Below, in pieces: positions 7,068 to 16,504 of a DNA stretch of 33,610 nucleotides. The position numbers were made by a program, and so were the translations under genes. The stretch is from IMG/VR virus record IMGVR_UViG_3300037465_000688, positions 1 through 33,610 of that record. One strand, 5' to 3'. Origin of the DNA: a virus. Taxonomy: Duplodnaviria > Caudoviricetes. Numbering within the stretch: the stretch's first letter is position 1; each line of letters starts with the position of its first letter. A model generated the notes under the pieces. That model was not told the origin of the DNA and did not search any database. It saw nothing but the letters and a program-made list of their open reading frames with translations.

Positions 7068-8925
7068 GATCTACGACGAAGCGTTTCGCGCCGGCCTGAA
7101 GCCCGAACCGCTCCTGACGATCTCGCAGTGGGCCGACCGCTATCGCGTGCTTTCGCAGCGGGCCTCGGCCGAACCGGGGGCGTGGCGAACGGATCGCACG
7201 CCGTATCTGCGAGAGATCATGGATTGCCTCTCGCCGTCGTCGCCGATCGAGCGCGTGGTCTTCATGAAGGGCGCGCAGATCGGAGGCACGGAGTGCGGCA
7301 ACAACTGGATCGGCTATGTGATCCACCAGGCGCCGGGGCCGATGATGGCCGTTCAGCCCACGGTCGAGATGGCCAAGCGGAACTCGAAGCAGCGCATCGA
7401 CCCGCTGATTGAGGAGAGCAAAGCGCTGAAAGAACTGGTTCGGGATCACCGCTCGCGTGACAGCGGGAATACGATCCTGGCGAAGGAATTTCCGGGCGGC
7501 GTGCTGGTGCTTACGGGAGCCAACAGCGGCGTTGGGCTGCGCTCGATGGCAGCGCGGTATCTGTTCCTGGATGAAGTGGACGGTTACCCGGGCGATGTGG
7601 ACGGTGAAGGCGATCCGGTCAACCTGGCGCTCGCGCGTACTCGGACGTTTGCGCGCCGGAAGCTGTTCATGGTATCGACGCCGAAGATCGCGGGGCGCAG
7701 CCGCATCGAGAAGGCTTACGAGGAAAGCGACCAGCGACGCTACTGGGTTCCCTGCCCGCATTGCGACGAGTTCCAGGTGCTCAAGTTCCAGCGGCTGCAG
7801 TGGCCCAAGGGCGAGCCGGAGAAAGCCGTGTACCTGTGCGAGCACTGCGATCGGGCGATCGAGAACTTTCACAAGACGCACATGCTCGAGCGCGGCGAGT
7901 GGCGGCCGTCCGCCGCGAGCGACGGGAAGACTGTGGGATTCCACTTGTCGAGTCTGTACTCGCCTGTAGGTTGGTTCTCCTGGGGCCAGGCGGCGCGCAT
8001 GTTCGAGGAAGCGCAAAAGAGTCCCGAACTGCTTCAGGTGTTCGTCAACACCGTGCTCGGGGAGACGTGGGTCGAACAGGGCGAGGCTCCCGACTGGCGG
8101 CGTCTCTACGATCGCCGCGAGGATTACCGCATCGGCGTAGTTCCCGCCGGCGGGCTGTTTCTCACTGCCGGTGCGGACGTGCAGAAGGACCGGCTCGAGG
8201 TCGAGATTGTTGCCTGGGGACGCTGGAAAGAATCGTGGTCGGTCGATTACCGGGTGCTTGAAGGCGACACGTCGCGGCAGCCGGTGTGGGGAGACCTGAC
8301 GAAGCTCTTCGGCGAAACATTTCGCACGCACTCCGGTGTGGATCTGCCGATCGTGAAACTGGCGATCGACTGCGGCTATGCGCCGACCGAAGTCTACGGC
8401 TGGGCGAAGCAGCAGGGTCCGGGCAGAGTGGTTGTGGTGAAGGGCGACTCGCGCGCGCCGGCGTTGGTCGGATTGCCGTCGTCGGTTGAAGTTGGGCCAC
8501 ATGGAAAGCGAATCCGGCGCGGCGTGCGGATCTGGCCCGTGAACAGCGGGTTGGCGAAGCAGGAGCTGTACCGCTGGTTGCGCCTGGAGCGGCCGACGGA
8601 AGAGTCGGGCGAACCGTTCCCGGCGGGCTACTGCCACTTTCCGCGCTACAACGAGGAGTTTTTCAAACAGCTCACCGCCGAGCAGCTTGTCACGCGTGTG
8701 GTGAACGGCTACCCGAAACCCGAATGGCAGAAGATGCGGGAGCGCAACGAGGCTCTCGACGCGCGCGTCTACGCGATCGCGGCGGCGGTGATTTATGGGA
8801 TCGACCGGTTCAACGATCGGCGGTGGCAGGAACTCGAGGATGCGGTGAAGCCAGTGCAACCTGAAGCCGAGCCGAAGCGAAAGCCGGTCTTTCAGCCGGT
8901 ACTACCCTCGGACCCATATCTGTAG
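7039..8925 (+). CDS. terL: Terminase large subunit, GpA family
   Basis: TPYLREIMD; Walker A VFMKGAQIGGT; Walker B YLFLDEVD; VSTP; CPHC/CEHC; nuclease GADVQKDRLE; RNEALD. Confidence 0.96.
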   Translation: MNSPATTAAEIYDEAFRAGLKPEPLLTISQWADRYRVLSQRASAEPGAWRTDRTPYLREIMDCLSPSSPIERVVFMKGAQIGGTECGNNWIGYVIHQAPGPMMAVQPTVEMAKRNSKQRIDPLIEESKALKELVRDHRSRDSGNTILAKEFPGGVLVLTGANSGVGLRSMAARYLFLDEVDGYPGDVDGEGDPVNLALARTRTFARRKLFMVSTPKIAGRSRIEKAYEESDQRRYWVPCPHCDEFQVLKFQRLQWPKGEPEKAVYLCEHCDRAIENFHKTHMLERGEWRPSAASDGKTVGFHLSSLYSPVGWFSWGQAARMFEEAQKSPELLQVFVNTVLGETWVEQGEAPDWRRLYDRREDYRIGVVPAGGLFLTAGADVQKDRLEVEIVAWGRWKESWSVDYRVLEGDTSRQPVWGDLTKLFGETFRTHSGVDLPIVKLAIDCGYAPTEVYGWAKQQGPGRVVVVKGDSRAPALVGLPSSVEVGPHGKRIRRGVRIWPVNSGLAKQELYRWLRLERPTEESGEPFPAGYCHFPRYNEEFFKQLTAEQLVTRVVNGYPKPEWQKMRERNEALDARVYAIAAAVIYGIDRFNDRRWQELEDAVKPVQPEAEPKRKPVFQPVLPSDPYL

Positions 8926-8930
8926 CGCGA

Positions 8931-10010
8931 TTAGGGGACGCGACGAAGATCGAGCTTTCTAAGGATTGCGCGAGCGTTGTAAGTCTGGAGAAGTACCATG
9001 CCCTTAGGAAACACGTGCGGGAGCGAAGCAACGTCGTGCTTGCATTGCACGTCATCGATGGATCTGACGAATTCCGTACCGTCGATGCGAATGCGGAAGG
9101 TGACGTAGCGCTCCAGAGCGAATCCCTGTAGGTGCCCTACTTCCTCGTCATGATACTGCCCCAGATCGTTCTCGATTACGGTCCTGATCACAGAGCCGTC
9201 GGCCCTGACATACAGGAGGTTACTCCAGTTGGCAAAGAAGTTCTGGCTTCGCACTCCGATGCCGATCCAGGCCGGTTGATCGCGCAACCCGGAAAACCTC
9301 ATTTCAGCTTGTAGCTCGAGGTTAGTGAATTCGCCCACTACCCGCAGCCACGAGTTGCGGTAAACAAAAAGCGAACCGAATTCGAGGCCCTCTTTGACTA
9401 TGCGCCGGTGTGTTAGTGAAGGACCAACGAGCCAATCTACATCTGTGCCCTTCGTGAAATCTGCGCTGAGGTCGGTTTCCATCGGGACGCTAGTGTCCTG
9501 ATCCGCTGGGGCTGTAGTAATGGCCATCAGCAAGGCCATGCGGAGATTGCTCAACAGGTTATTGAAACCCTCGTATGTTCGTCGGTATAGGATGTGCCGG
9601 ACGGGACCGAGGTCAAACAGGAATCTTTGGTCCTGGTCTTCGTGCATCAAGACCACCACATGCTCTTTTCGTCTTATGGCTGCGGCGACGCCGAGTTCGA
9701 GCAGCACATTGCCGTTCATGCCGCTGATGTCGGCAATGATCACATCTGCAGTTTGTATTTCGTGCCAGATCTCAGCGTGGATGACGCCAGAGCCGACGAT
9801 TGCATCGGCTCTTATACATTCGAGTTCACAGTGAAGGTCGGTGCCGACCGCATTACAAGCGTGCTGCACGAGCCGATACAGATCGTCATATACGTCCTTC
9901 GGCGTAAAGGGGCACACAAAGAAGCATCGCAGATGATTTGGTCCGCGCCGCTCGACGGGTCTCGGGTCGGAGAGGATTTCAAGAGGCCATACTGAACTGC
10001 GTGCTTCCAT
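8931..10010 (-). CDS. Moron: nucleoside 2-deoxyribosyltransferase/TIR-like (SLOG-type) domain + beta-sandwich C-terminal domain
   Basis: CFFVCPF..CIRAD..IHAEIWHEIQTADVIIADISGMNGNVLLELGVA..FLFDLGPVRHILY; GGAGG SD before ATG 10010; AT-richer and antisense to the late operon. Confidence 0.8.
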   Translation of the reverse strand: MEARSSVWPLEILSDPRPVERRGPNHLRCFFVCPFTPKDVYDDLYRLVQHACNAVGTDLHCELECIRADAIVGSGVIHAEIWHEIQTADVIIADISGMNGNVLLELGVAAAIRRKEHVVVLMHEDQDQRFLFDLGPVRHILYRRTYEGFNNLLSNLRMALLMAITTAPADQDTSVPMETDLSADFTKGTDVDWLVGPSLTHRRIVKEGLEFGSLFVYRNSWLRVVGEFTNLELQAEMRFSGLRDQPAWIGIGVRSQNFFANWSNLLYVRADGSVIRTVIENDLGQYHDEEVGHLQGFALERYVTFRIRIDGTEFVRSIDDVQCKHDVASLPHVFPKGMVLLQTYNARAILRKLDLRRVP

Positions 10011-10075
10011 TCGCACCTCCGCTGGTGAAGAGAGAGTCCCAATTCTACCGCTGAACAGATCTGCACTTGGATCAC

Positions 10076-10303
10076 ATGGCAACCGCAACGGAGCTTGCAA
10101 CCTGGGTCACCGAGGCTGAGCTTGCCCTCCACCGTCTAATGACCGGGTCACGTGTGGAGGAGATCCAGTTTTCAGATCGAAGGGTGCGGTACACCGCCGC
10201 GAATATCGGCGAACTCCAGAAGTACATCGCCTCGCTGAAGCAGCAGATCGAGGCCACGACCAGAGGCAACCGCAAGCCGATCCTTTTCGAATTCCCAGGG
10301 TGA
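10076..10303 (+). CDS. gpW-family head completion protein
   Basis: AELALHRLMTGSRVEEIQ..RRVRYTAANIGELQKYIASLK matches gpW; located before the portal. Confidence 0.9.
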   Translation: MATATELATWVTEAELALHRLMTGSRVEEIQFSDRRVRYTAANIGELQKYIASLKQQIEATTRGNRKPILFEFPG

Positions 10304-11850
10304 TCCAGACCATCTCGAACACCATCCGGCGCGCACTGAAGAGCGTGCAGGGAGGGCTGCGCCTTTCGGCGGATGCGGCGCACCAGGGCGCGTCGCTCAC
10401 TTCGCGCGAGCTGGCGTCGTGGCTTCCGGCGCAGGGATCGGCGGATGCAGATCTGCTGCCGGATCTGCCGACGCTCGTTTCCCGCAGCCGCGACCTGATC
10501 CGCAATCACGGTATCGCGAGCGGAGCAATGCAGACGCTGGTGGACAACGTCTGCGGCGCGGGCCTGCGGCTGTCCTCCACGCCCGACTACCGCGCGCTCG
10601 GGCGCGACAAAGATTGGGCGGAAGCGTGGAGCCAGCGTGTCGAGAGCCTCTGGCGGTCATGGGCCGACACGATCGAGTGCGACGCCGCCAACAGCCTGAC
10701 GTTCTCCGGCCTCACCGCACAGGTGTTTCGCGCGGCGCTGCTGAACGGTGAATCGCTGGCGCTGCCGCTTTGGGTGCCGAATCCGAACGCGAAGTTTGCG
10801 ACGCGCGTCCAAGTCATTGAAGCCGATCGGCTCTCGAACCCCAACCTCCGCATGGACACCGCCAACCTGCGCGGTGGCGTCGAAATCGACGCGAACGGTG
10901 CACCCATCGCCTACTGGATTCGCAAGTCGCATCCCGGTGACACGCTGATCGGAGGCGCGCTCTTCGATGCCGAATGGGAGCGTGTCCCCGCATTCACGCC
11001 CTGGGGCCGCCGGCGCGTGATTCATGTCCACGACAAGGAACGCACAGGGCAGACACGCGGCAAACCGCTGCTCTCCTCCGTACTCCAGCAGTTTAAGATG
11101 CTCGACCACTACCAGCGCACCGAACTTCAGGCGGCGGTGGTGAACGCCATGGTCGCGGCGGTGATCGAGACGCCGCTCGATTCGCAGTCGATCGCCGAGA
11201 TGATGGGCGGCGACGCCAACGCCTATCTCACGCAGAAGAACGAGTACCGCGTCCAGCTCAAGGGGGGCGCGGTGATCCCACTCTATCCCGGCGACCAGTT
11301 GAAGCCGTTCACTCCCACGCGCCCGGCGTCGCAGTACTCGATGTTCGTGGAAACCGTGCTGCGGCACATCGGCACCGCCCTCGGGCTTCCCTATGAGCTG
11401 CTGCTCAAGGATTTCTCGAAAACGAACTACTCAAGCGCCCGCGCGGCGTTGCTCGAAGCCTGGCGGTTCTTCCGAGGCCGCCGGCACTGGCTCGCCACGC
11501 ACTGGGCGAATCCGGTGTACGAGCTGTGGCTGGAAGAGGCGATCAACGGGGGCCTGGTCGAAGCTCCCGGCTTCTACGCGAACCGCTTCGCCTACACCCG
11601 CGCGAAGTGGATCGGGCCGGGCCGGGGCTGGATCGATCCGGTGAAGGAGGCGCAGGCTGCGCAGATTCGCATGGACGCAGGAATCTCGACGCTCGAAGAC
11701 GAGTGCGCCGAGCAAGGCCTCGATTGGGAGGAGGTCCTGGAGCAACGGGCTCGGGAGCGGAGCCGAATGGAAGAGTTGGGCCTGCTGGAAGCGGCAGTCG
11801 CATCGAGCCAGCGGCCCCTCGTGACCGAGAAAGAGGAGAACGCGGCATGA
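10300..11850 (+). CDS. Portal protein, lambda family
   Basis: RSRDLIRNHGIASGA; IEADRLSNP; GQTRGKP; NYSSARAALLE; GRGWIDPVKEAQA. Confidence 0.96.
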   Translation: MIQTISNTIRRALKSVQGGLRLSADAAHQGASLTSRELASWLPAQGSADADLLPDLPTLVSRSRDLIRNHGIASGAMQTLVDNVCGAGLRLSSTPDYRALGRDKDWAEAWSQRVESLWRSWADTIECDAANSLTFSGLTAQVFRAALLNGESLALPLWVPNPNAKFATRVQVIEADRLSNPNLRMDTANLRGGVEIDANGAPIAYWIRKSHPGDTLIGGALFDAEWERVPAFTPWGRRRVIHVHDKERTGQTRGKPLLSSVLQQFKMLDHYQRTELQAAVVNAMVAAVIETPLDSQSIAEMMGGDANAYLTQKNEYRVQLKGGAVIPLYPGDQLKPFTPTRPASQYSMFVETVLRHIGTALGLPYELLLKDFSKTNYSSARAALLEAWRFFRGRRHWLATHWANPVYELWLEEAINGGLVEAPGFYANRFAYTRAKWIGPGRGWIDPVKEAQAAQIRMDAGISTLEDECAEQGLDWEEVLEQRARERSRMEELGLLEAAVASSQRPLVTEKEENAA

Positions 11851-13007
11851 GGGCGTTTGTGTACGCGGCCGACCGTCCGTGGGCGATCACCGAGGCCGGG
11901 CTGCGCCAGATCCTGGAGATCGCGGAGCGCACGAATCCCAGCCCGGAAGCTGTGGCGGCGAAACTGGGCCGACCGCTTGAGAACACCCGCACCGTGGAGG
12001 TTCGGGACGGCGTCGCGGTGATCCCGGTAACCGGTCCGATCTTCCGCTACGCAAACCTGCTCACAGAAATCAGCGGCGCGACCTCGATCGAAGTGCTCGC
12101 GCGCGACTTTAGCCAGGCCCTGGAGGACCCCGGCGTGCGGGCCATCGTGCTCAACGTGAACTCGCCCGGCGGCGAGGCCGACGGCGTCAACGAACTTTCG
12201 CGGATGATCTACGAGGCGCGCGGGCGCAAGCCCACCATCGCCTACGTTGGAGGCCTTGGGGCGTCCGGGGCATACTGGCTGGCATCCGCCGCCGACCAGA
12301 TCGTGGCCGAGGAATCCGCCCTGCTCGGCAGCGTCGGTGTGGTGGCGACGTTCCGCGACACGCGCGAACGCGACGCCAAGGCCGGCGTGGTCACTTACGA
12401 GATCGTCTCCAGCCAGTCGCCGCTGAAGCGTCCCGATCCGGCGACCGACTCCGGCCGGGGCCAGATTCAGCAGATCGTCGATGCCCAAGCCGAGATCCTG
12501 GTCAACGCCGTCGCGCGGAATCGCGGCGTCTCGCCCGAACGCGTGCTCGCCGACTTCGGCCAGGGTAACCTGCTTCCGGCGGCGCAGGCCGTTCGCGCGG
12601 GAATGGCTGACCGGCTGGGTACTTTCGAGTCCGTTGTCTCCGCGCTCGCAGCGCAATTCCCGAAAACGAAAGGAGTGATCCGAATGGATGAACCTGTTTC
12701 CACGGCAGTCGCCGCACCCGACGCGCGGCTCGCCGAACGCGAACGTATCGCGGCGATCCTGAACTCGCCCGAAGCCGAGGGCCGGGAGACGTTGGCCCAG
12801 GCCATCGCTCTTGAAAGCGATCTTGACGCCGAAGCCGCGCGCAAGCTTCTCGCTTCCGCGCCCGCAGCGAGTGCGCCCTCCGGTTTCCACGCCGCGATGG
12901 CAGCGCTCAAGAACCCCGCCGTTGGCGCAGGCGCCGATGAACCCGACAGCGACGCAACTGAAGTGCAGCGCATCGTCGCAATCCACAACTCGATGAGGAG
13001 GAACTAA
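11847..13007 (+). CDS. S49-family head maturation protease (gpC-like) with C-terminal scaffold
   Basis: VNSPGGE; GASGAYWLASAAD; GSVGV; ATGA overlap with the portal stop and GAGGAG SD. Confidence 0.93.
   Translation: MRAFVYAADRPWAITEAGLRQILEIAERTNPSPEAVAAKLGRPLENTRTVEVRDGVAVIPVTGPIFRYANLLTEISGATSIEVLARDFSQALEDPGVRAIVLNVNSPGGEADGVNELSRMIYEARGRKPTIAYVGGLGASGAYWLASAADQIVAEESALLGSVGVVATFRDTRERDAKAGVVTYEIVSSQSPLKRPDPATDSGRGQIQQIVDAQAEILVNAVARNRGVSPERVLADFGQGNLLPAAQAVRAGMADRLGTFESVVSALAAQFPKTKGVIRMDEPVSTAVAAPDARLAERERIAAILNSPEAEGRETLAQAIALESDLDAEAARKLLASAPAASAPSGFHAAMAALKNPAVGAGADEPDSDATEVQRIVAIHNSMRRN
12684..13007 (+). CDS. Nested in-frame scaffold protein (Nu3-like)
   Basis: AAAGGAG 8 nt before in-frame ATG 12684; AERERIAAILNSPEAEGRETLA resembles lambda Nu3. 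Confidence 0.7.
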   Translation: MDEPVSTAVAAPDARLAERERIAAILNSPEAEGRETLAQAIALESDLDAEAARKLLASAPAASAPSGFHAAMAALKNPAVGAGADEPDSDATEVQRIVAIHNSMRRN

Positions 13008-13009
13008 CC

Positions 13010-13375
13010 ATGGCCAGCTTTTCGACTGGTGTTTTCACGCCCGACCGCCTGATCGCCGGCGAGGACGAGATTTTCTCGCGCAAGGTGACGGTCCTGAGCG
13101 GCCAGAACCTGGTGCGTGGGGCCGTGCTCGGCAAAGTCACCGCGAGCGGCAAGTACGTGCTGTCGCTTTCCGGCTCTTCCGACGGCTCGGAAGTGCCCGA
13201 CGCCATTCTCGCGATGGACACCGACGCAAGCGGCGGTGACAAAGAGGCGATGGCCTACTTCGCCGGGCGCTTCAATGAGTCGTCGTTGACACTCGGGGCT
13301 TCGCACACCTTGGCCAGCATTCGCGAGGGACTGCGAGTCAAGGGCATTTACCTCGTTTCGGTGCAGCCCGCTTAA
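13010..13375 (+). CDS. Head decoration protein (gpD-like)
   Basis: LSGQNLVRGAVLGKVTASGKY..DGSEVPDAILA..YFAGRFN; sits between protease and capsid. Confidence 0.9.
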   Translation: MASFSTGVFTPDRLIAGEDEIFSRKVTVLSGQNLVRGAVLGKVTASGKYVLSLSGSSDGSEVPDAILAMDTDASGGDKEAMAYFAGRFNESSLTLGASHTLASIREGLRVKGIYLVSVQPA

Positions 13376-13390
13376 CGGAAGGAGATTTGC

Positions 13391-14413
13391 ATGCCTGATC
13401 TGTTTTCCACCAACGTATTGAACGGCGTGGTCGCCGACCTGAAGCGGCCTTCGAGTTTCCTGCTGGACCGCTTCTTCCCGAACGTCCAGACCGAGACGTC
13501 CGAGGAGATCCACTTCGACGTGGACGACGCCAAGCGGCGGCTCGCGCCGTTTGTGTCGCCGCTGGTCGAAGGGAAAGTCGTTGCCGGACGCGGCTACACG
13601 ACGAACACCTTCAAGCCCGCCTATATAAAGGATAAGCGCGTCTTCGACGCCAACCGTCCTCTGAAGCGCTCGATCGGCGAGCAGATCGGCGGCAGCATCT
13701 CTCCGATGGACCGCCTGCGCGCCATCCTCGCCTTCGAACTCGAGGACATGCTGAACATGCTGACGCGGCGGCTGGAGGTGATGTCGGCCACGGTGCTCCG
13801 CACCGGCGCGGTGACAATCGTCGGCGACAACCATCCGAGCGTCTCGGTGAACTTCGGACGCGACGGCGCGCAGACCATCGTGCTGACCAGCCCGAACCGC
13901 TGGTCCGACACGGGCGTGAATCCGCTCAACAGCCTCCAGGACTGGGCGCAGGTCGTGCTCAAAAAGTGTGGCGCGATGCCCACCGATGTGGTGATGGATG
14001 TCGCCACCTGGAAGGTGTTCCGGGCGAATGCGGAGGTGCAGAAGCGGCTCGATCTCTACCGCGCGATCGGCGCGCAGCCCACGATGCAACTCGGAGCGCA
14101 GATCACCGAGGGCGGCGTGTATATGGGTTCGGTGGACGGCTTCAACATCTTCGTCTACTCGGGCTGGTACATCGATGACGCGGGCGTCGAGCAGCCGATT
14201 CTCCCGAGCGGAACGGTGATCATGTCCGGGCAGCTTCAGGGCGTGCGAGCCTACGGCGCGATCCGCGACGAGGCAGTTGGATTCCAGGCGGTCCCGTATT
14301 ACGTGAAGTCGTGGGTCGAAGAGGACCCGGCGGTGCGGTTTTTGATGATGCAGTCGGCTCCGCTGGTGGTGCCGTATCGAGTGAATGCCAGCCTCGCGGC
14401 AACGGTGTTGTAA
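13391..14413 (+). CDS. Major capsid protein E family
   Basis: FLLDRFFP; RRLAPFVSPLVEGK; FKPAYIKDK; WVEEDP..MQSAPL; AAGGAG SD. Confidence 0.96.
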   Translation: MPDLFSTNVLNGVVADLKRPSSFLLDRFFPNVQTETSEEIHFDVDDAKRRLAPFVSPLVEGKVVAGRGYTTNTFKPAYIKDKRVFDANRPLKRSIGEQIGGSISPMDRLRAILAFELEDMLNMLTRRLEVMSATVLRTGAVTIVGDNHPSVSVNFGRDGAQTIVLTSPNRWSDTGVNPLNSLQDWAQVVLKKCGAMPTDVVMDVATWKVFRANAEVQKRLDLYRAIGAQPTMQLGAQITEGGVYMGSVDGFNIFVYSGWYIDDAGVEQPILPSGTVIMSGQLQGVRAYGAIRDEAVGFQAVPYYVKSWVEEDPAVRFLMMQSAPLVVPYRVNASLAATVL

Positions 14414-14415
14414 CC

Positions 14416-14592
14416 ATGAAGATCAAAGGACTGGTCACGATCTACGCCGGCGCCGAGATTCATCCGCCCGGCGCTGTGTTCACCATCAACGATACGGAGG
14501 GGCAGAGCCTCATCGAACGGGGATTCGCGGAAGCCGTCGCCGCGGAACCCGAGGATGAACCCGCCCAAGGTGAGACTCGCCGCAAGAAGTGA
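14416..14592 (+). CDS. Small acidic-tailed protein in the gpFI position
   Basis: PPGAVFTINDTEGQSLIERGFAEAV, 58 aa, directly after the capsid gene. Confidence 0.65.
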   Translation: MKIKGLVTIYAGAEIHPPGAVFTINDTEGQSLIERGFAEAVAAEPEDEPAQGETRRKK

Positions 14593-14918
14593 GCGCTCCT
14601 CCAGGATTCAGTTGGCCTGCCGAACTCGCCCGGCAAATCGACATCGAGCTTGCGACCTTCGGCCAGAACGTCACCTACACCCCGGAGAACGGGTCACCTG
14701 CGTTCACGCTCACCGGGATTCTCGATGTTGGCGCACGCCGGGAGGATTCCACGCCGGGAACTTACGCGCTGCTGTTTGTAAAGGCGGCATCCTTCACCGA
14801 GCCGCCAGTGCGCGGAGACGAGGTGACCGTTGGAATTTCGATCTATAAGGTCGTGGATCTCGAAGCCGATGCCAACGGCGGTATCCGCCTGGTGCTCCAT
14901 TTCAATCGGCCCGCGTAG
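14589..14918 (+). CDS. Head-tail joining protein (gpFII-like)
   Basis: FGQNVTYTP..PVRGDEVTVG..YKVVD..GGIRLVL beta-barrel pattern, plus position. Confidence 0.75.
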   Translation: MSAPPGFSWPAELARQIDIELATFGQNVTYTPENGSPAFTLTGILDVGARREDSTPGTYALLFVKAASFTEPPVRGDEVTVGISIYKVVDLEADANGGIRLVLHFNRPA

Positions 14919-14920
14919 CG

Positions 14921-15169
14921 TCAATCCTCGGTGTAGAAATGAGGCCGAAGCTCGCTCTCAGGAATGTAACGGAGCGCCTGGCGAAAAATCGCGCGAAGCG
15001 TCCCTTTGTCCACTTCGCTGTGAAGAACGATCGTCAAGCTTTGGCGGATTCCGCCCGGCAGCGTCCGTCTGATTTTGACGTGACTGCCACGCTGAGAAGC
15101 GGGTTGAAATCCGAACCCGGCGAAGATGCGCAGCAGGTCCTGGCCCGCGAGCGTCCTCAGCTTGGGCAT
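14921..15169 (-). CDS. hicA: HicA-family mRNA interferase toxin
   Basis: FGF..QRGSHVKIRR..HSEVDKGTLRAIFRQA with the catalytic GSH motif. Confidence 0.92.
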   Translation of the reverse strand: MPKLRTLAGQDLLRIFAGFGFQPASQRGSHVKIRRTLPGGIRQSLTIVLHSEVDKGTLRAIFRQALRYIPESELRPHFYTED

Positions 15170-15390
15170 CAGGCGACGGCTTCAAGCTCCATGGTGGCTA
15201 GGATTGTGGGATCAGCCGCAAGGCCGAGTTCCGTCAAATCCTCGTCCTCCAGGTGCAGCGCGATCGCCTCGCGGATATTGGCCGCGAGCTCATCGAGCGT
15301 CGGGGCCTCGGTGACCACGGGCAGATCGAGACACTCCGCGACGTACTGATTGTCGCCGCGAAAAATTCTCACCTGAATGGTTCGCTTCAC
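15169..15390 (-). CDS. hicB: HicB-family antitoxin (short, no DNA-binding domain)
   Basis: YVAECLDLPVVTEAPTLDELAANIREAIALHLE; TGATG coupling to hicA. Confidence 0.9.
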   Translation of the reverse strand: MKRTIQVRIFRGDNQYVAECLDLPVVTEAPTLDELAANIREAIALHLEDEDLTELGLAADPTILATMELEAVA

Positions 15391-15429
15391 TTTGAGTTCC
15401 TAGCTTCTTCATTCTAACCCGGGATCACC

Positions 15430-15888
15430 ATGCCGAGCGTCCGCATCTGGCACAAAAAGCAGCTTCGCATCAATCACCTGAACTTCCGGCAGTTTCAGAT
15501 GCTGAAGATCGGGACGGTCGGCCTGGCGGCGGTGAAGAACCGGCTGGCGGCCGGGCTCGGACCGCGTGACGCGCCCGCGCGGCCGCTCACCAAGCGCTAC
15601 GCGATCTACAAGAGCAAGGTCCTCAGGCGGCGAGCGATTCGCGACCTGTCGCTCACCGGCCGTCTGCTGCGCAACCTGACGCTGCGCACGGTGAGCGAGA
15701 AGGCTGCCAAGGCATCGCTCACGTCGCGCAAGGAACGCATCAAAGGCCAGGCCGCCGAGCGGATCGAGCCCTGGCTGGTGTTCTCGCCGGCGAACAACCG
15801 GGCCGTGATGGAAGCCGCGCGGCGTATCTTTCGCGAGATCACGCCGCGGCTCGTCATCGAGCGGTTCCTGGGAGGCAAACAGAGATGA
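15430..15888 (+). CDS. Basic neck / tail-completion protein (putative)
   Basis: PLTKRYAIYK..IRDLSLTGRLL resembles virion morphogenesis proteins; position. Confidence 0.6.
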   Translation: MPSVRIWHKKQLRINHLNFRQFQMLKIGTVGLAAVKNRLAAGLGPRDAPARPLTKRYAIYKSKVLRRRAIRDLSLTGRLLRNLTLRTVSEKAAKASLTSRKERIKGQAAERIEPWLVFSPANNRAVMEAARRIFREITPRLVIERFLGGKQR

Positions 15889-16358
15889 TCAATCCGGCCG
15901 AACTGGTGGATGCGCTTGTCGCCACGCTTCGCGCGATCCCGGAGCTGGTCGCCGAGATGGAGGGCGACGATCAGCGGATCTACGCCTATCACGACTCGTA
16001 TCCCAAGCGCGTCAGCCTGCCGCTTGCGATCTACGAGATGCCGGTGCCGTCGGTGATGGTCGCCTGGCAGGGAACAACGCCGGGCACGTTCGGCGCGAAC
16101 GAGGCCTGGAAACACAACGTCTCTGTGTACCTGCGCGCGCGGGAAACTTTCGACGCCGATCCGCCGAGCGCCTACTACAAGCTCTTCAGCCTGATCGTGA
16201 ACGGCACGCCCAACGGCTCCGGGCAGAAGCTGCTCTATACGACCGTCCACGACGGCTGCTACCCAATGGACACGCCGTCGATCCACCGCATCGCCGACGA
16301 GCAGGGAACCGACTACTTCGAAGTCGCGGTGAGCTTCACCGAGATCGGAGACAACTGA
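15885..16358 (+). CDS. Putative tail terminator
   Basis: Acidic 157-aa protein just before the tail tube; ATGA overlap. Confidence 0.55.
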   Translation: MINPAELVDALVATLRAIPELVAEMEGDDQRIYAYHDSYPKRVSLPLAIYEMPVPSVMVAWQGTTPGTFGANEAWKHNVSVYLRARETFDADPPSAYYKLFSLIVNGTPNGSGQKLLYTTVHDGCYPMDTPSIHRIADEQGTDYFEVAVSFTEIGDN

Positions 16359-16501
16359 TGGAACACGTCTACATGCAACCGCCCGAAGGCGGCGAGCCGA
16401 AGCTCGTGCCCGCAGTGCCAGAAGAGCTGGTCCCGCTGATGGTGCGGGGCTGGCGGCAGGTTGAAGCGCCCAGCAAGAAAAAAGACGAACCGGAGGACTG
16501 A
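16358..16501 (+). CDS. Small hypothetical protein (47 aa, not in ORF track)
   Basis: TGATG coupling and GGAG SD; MEHVYMQPPEGGEPKLVPAVPEELVPLMVRGWRQVEAPSKKKDEPED; ends 3 nt before the tube ATG. Confidence 0.7.
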   Translation: MEHVYMQPPEGGEPKLVPAVPEELVPLMVRGWRQVEAPSKKKDEPED

Positions 16502-16504
16502 CGC

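Noticed and set aside
6910-8859. Long antisense ORFs (also 11592-12986, 13004-14089, 23096-24421, 25037-26068, 30394-31422)
   Set aside because: Shadow frames of high-GC genes; no motifs, and they lie opposite well-supported phage genes.
11526-11846. Extended N-terminus of the S49 protease in the ORF track
   Set aside because: It overlaps the portal by over 300 nt with Arg/Gly junk; ATG 11847 has an SD and an ATGA coupling.
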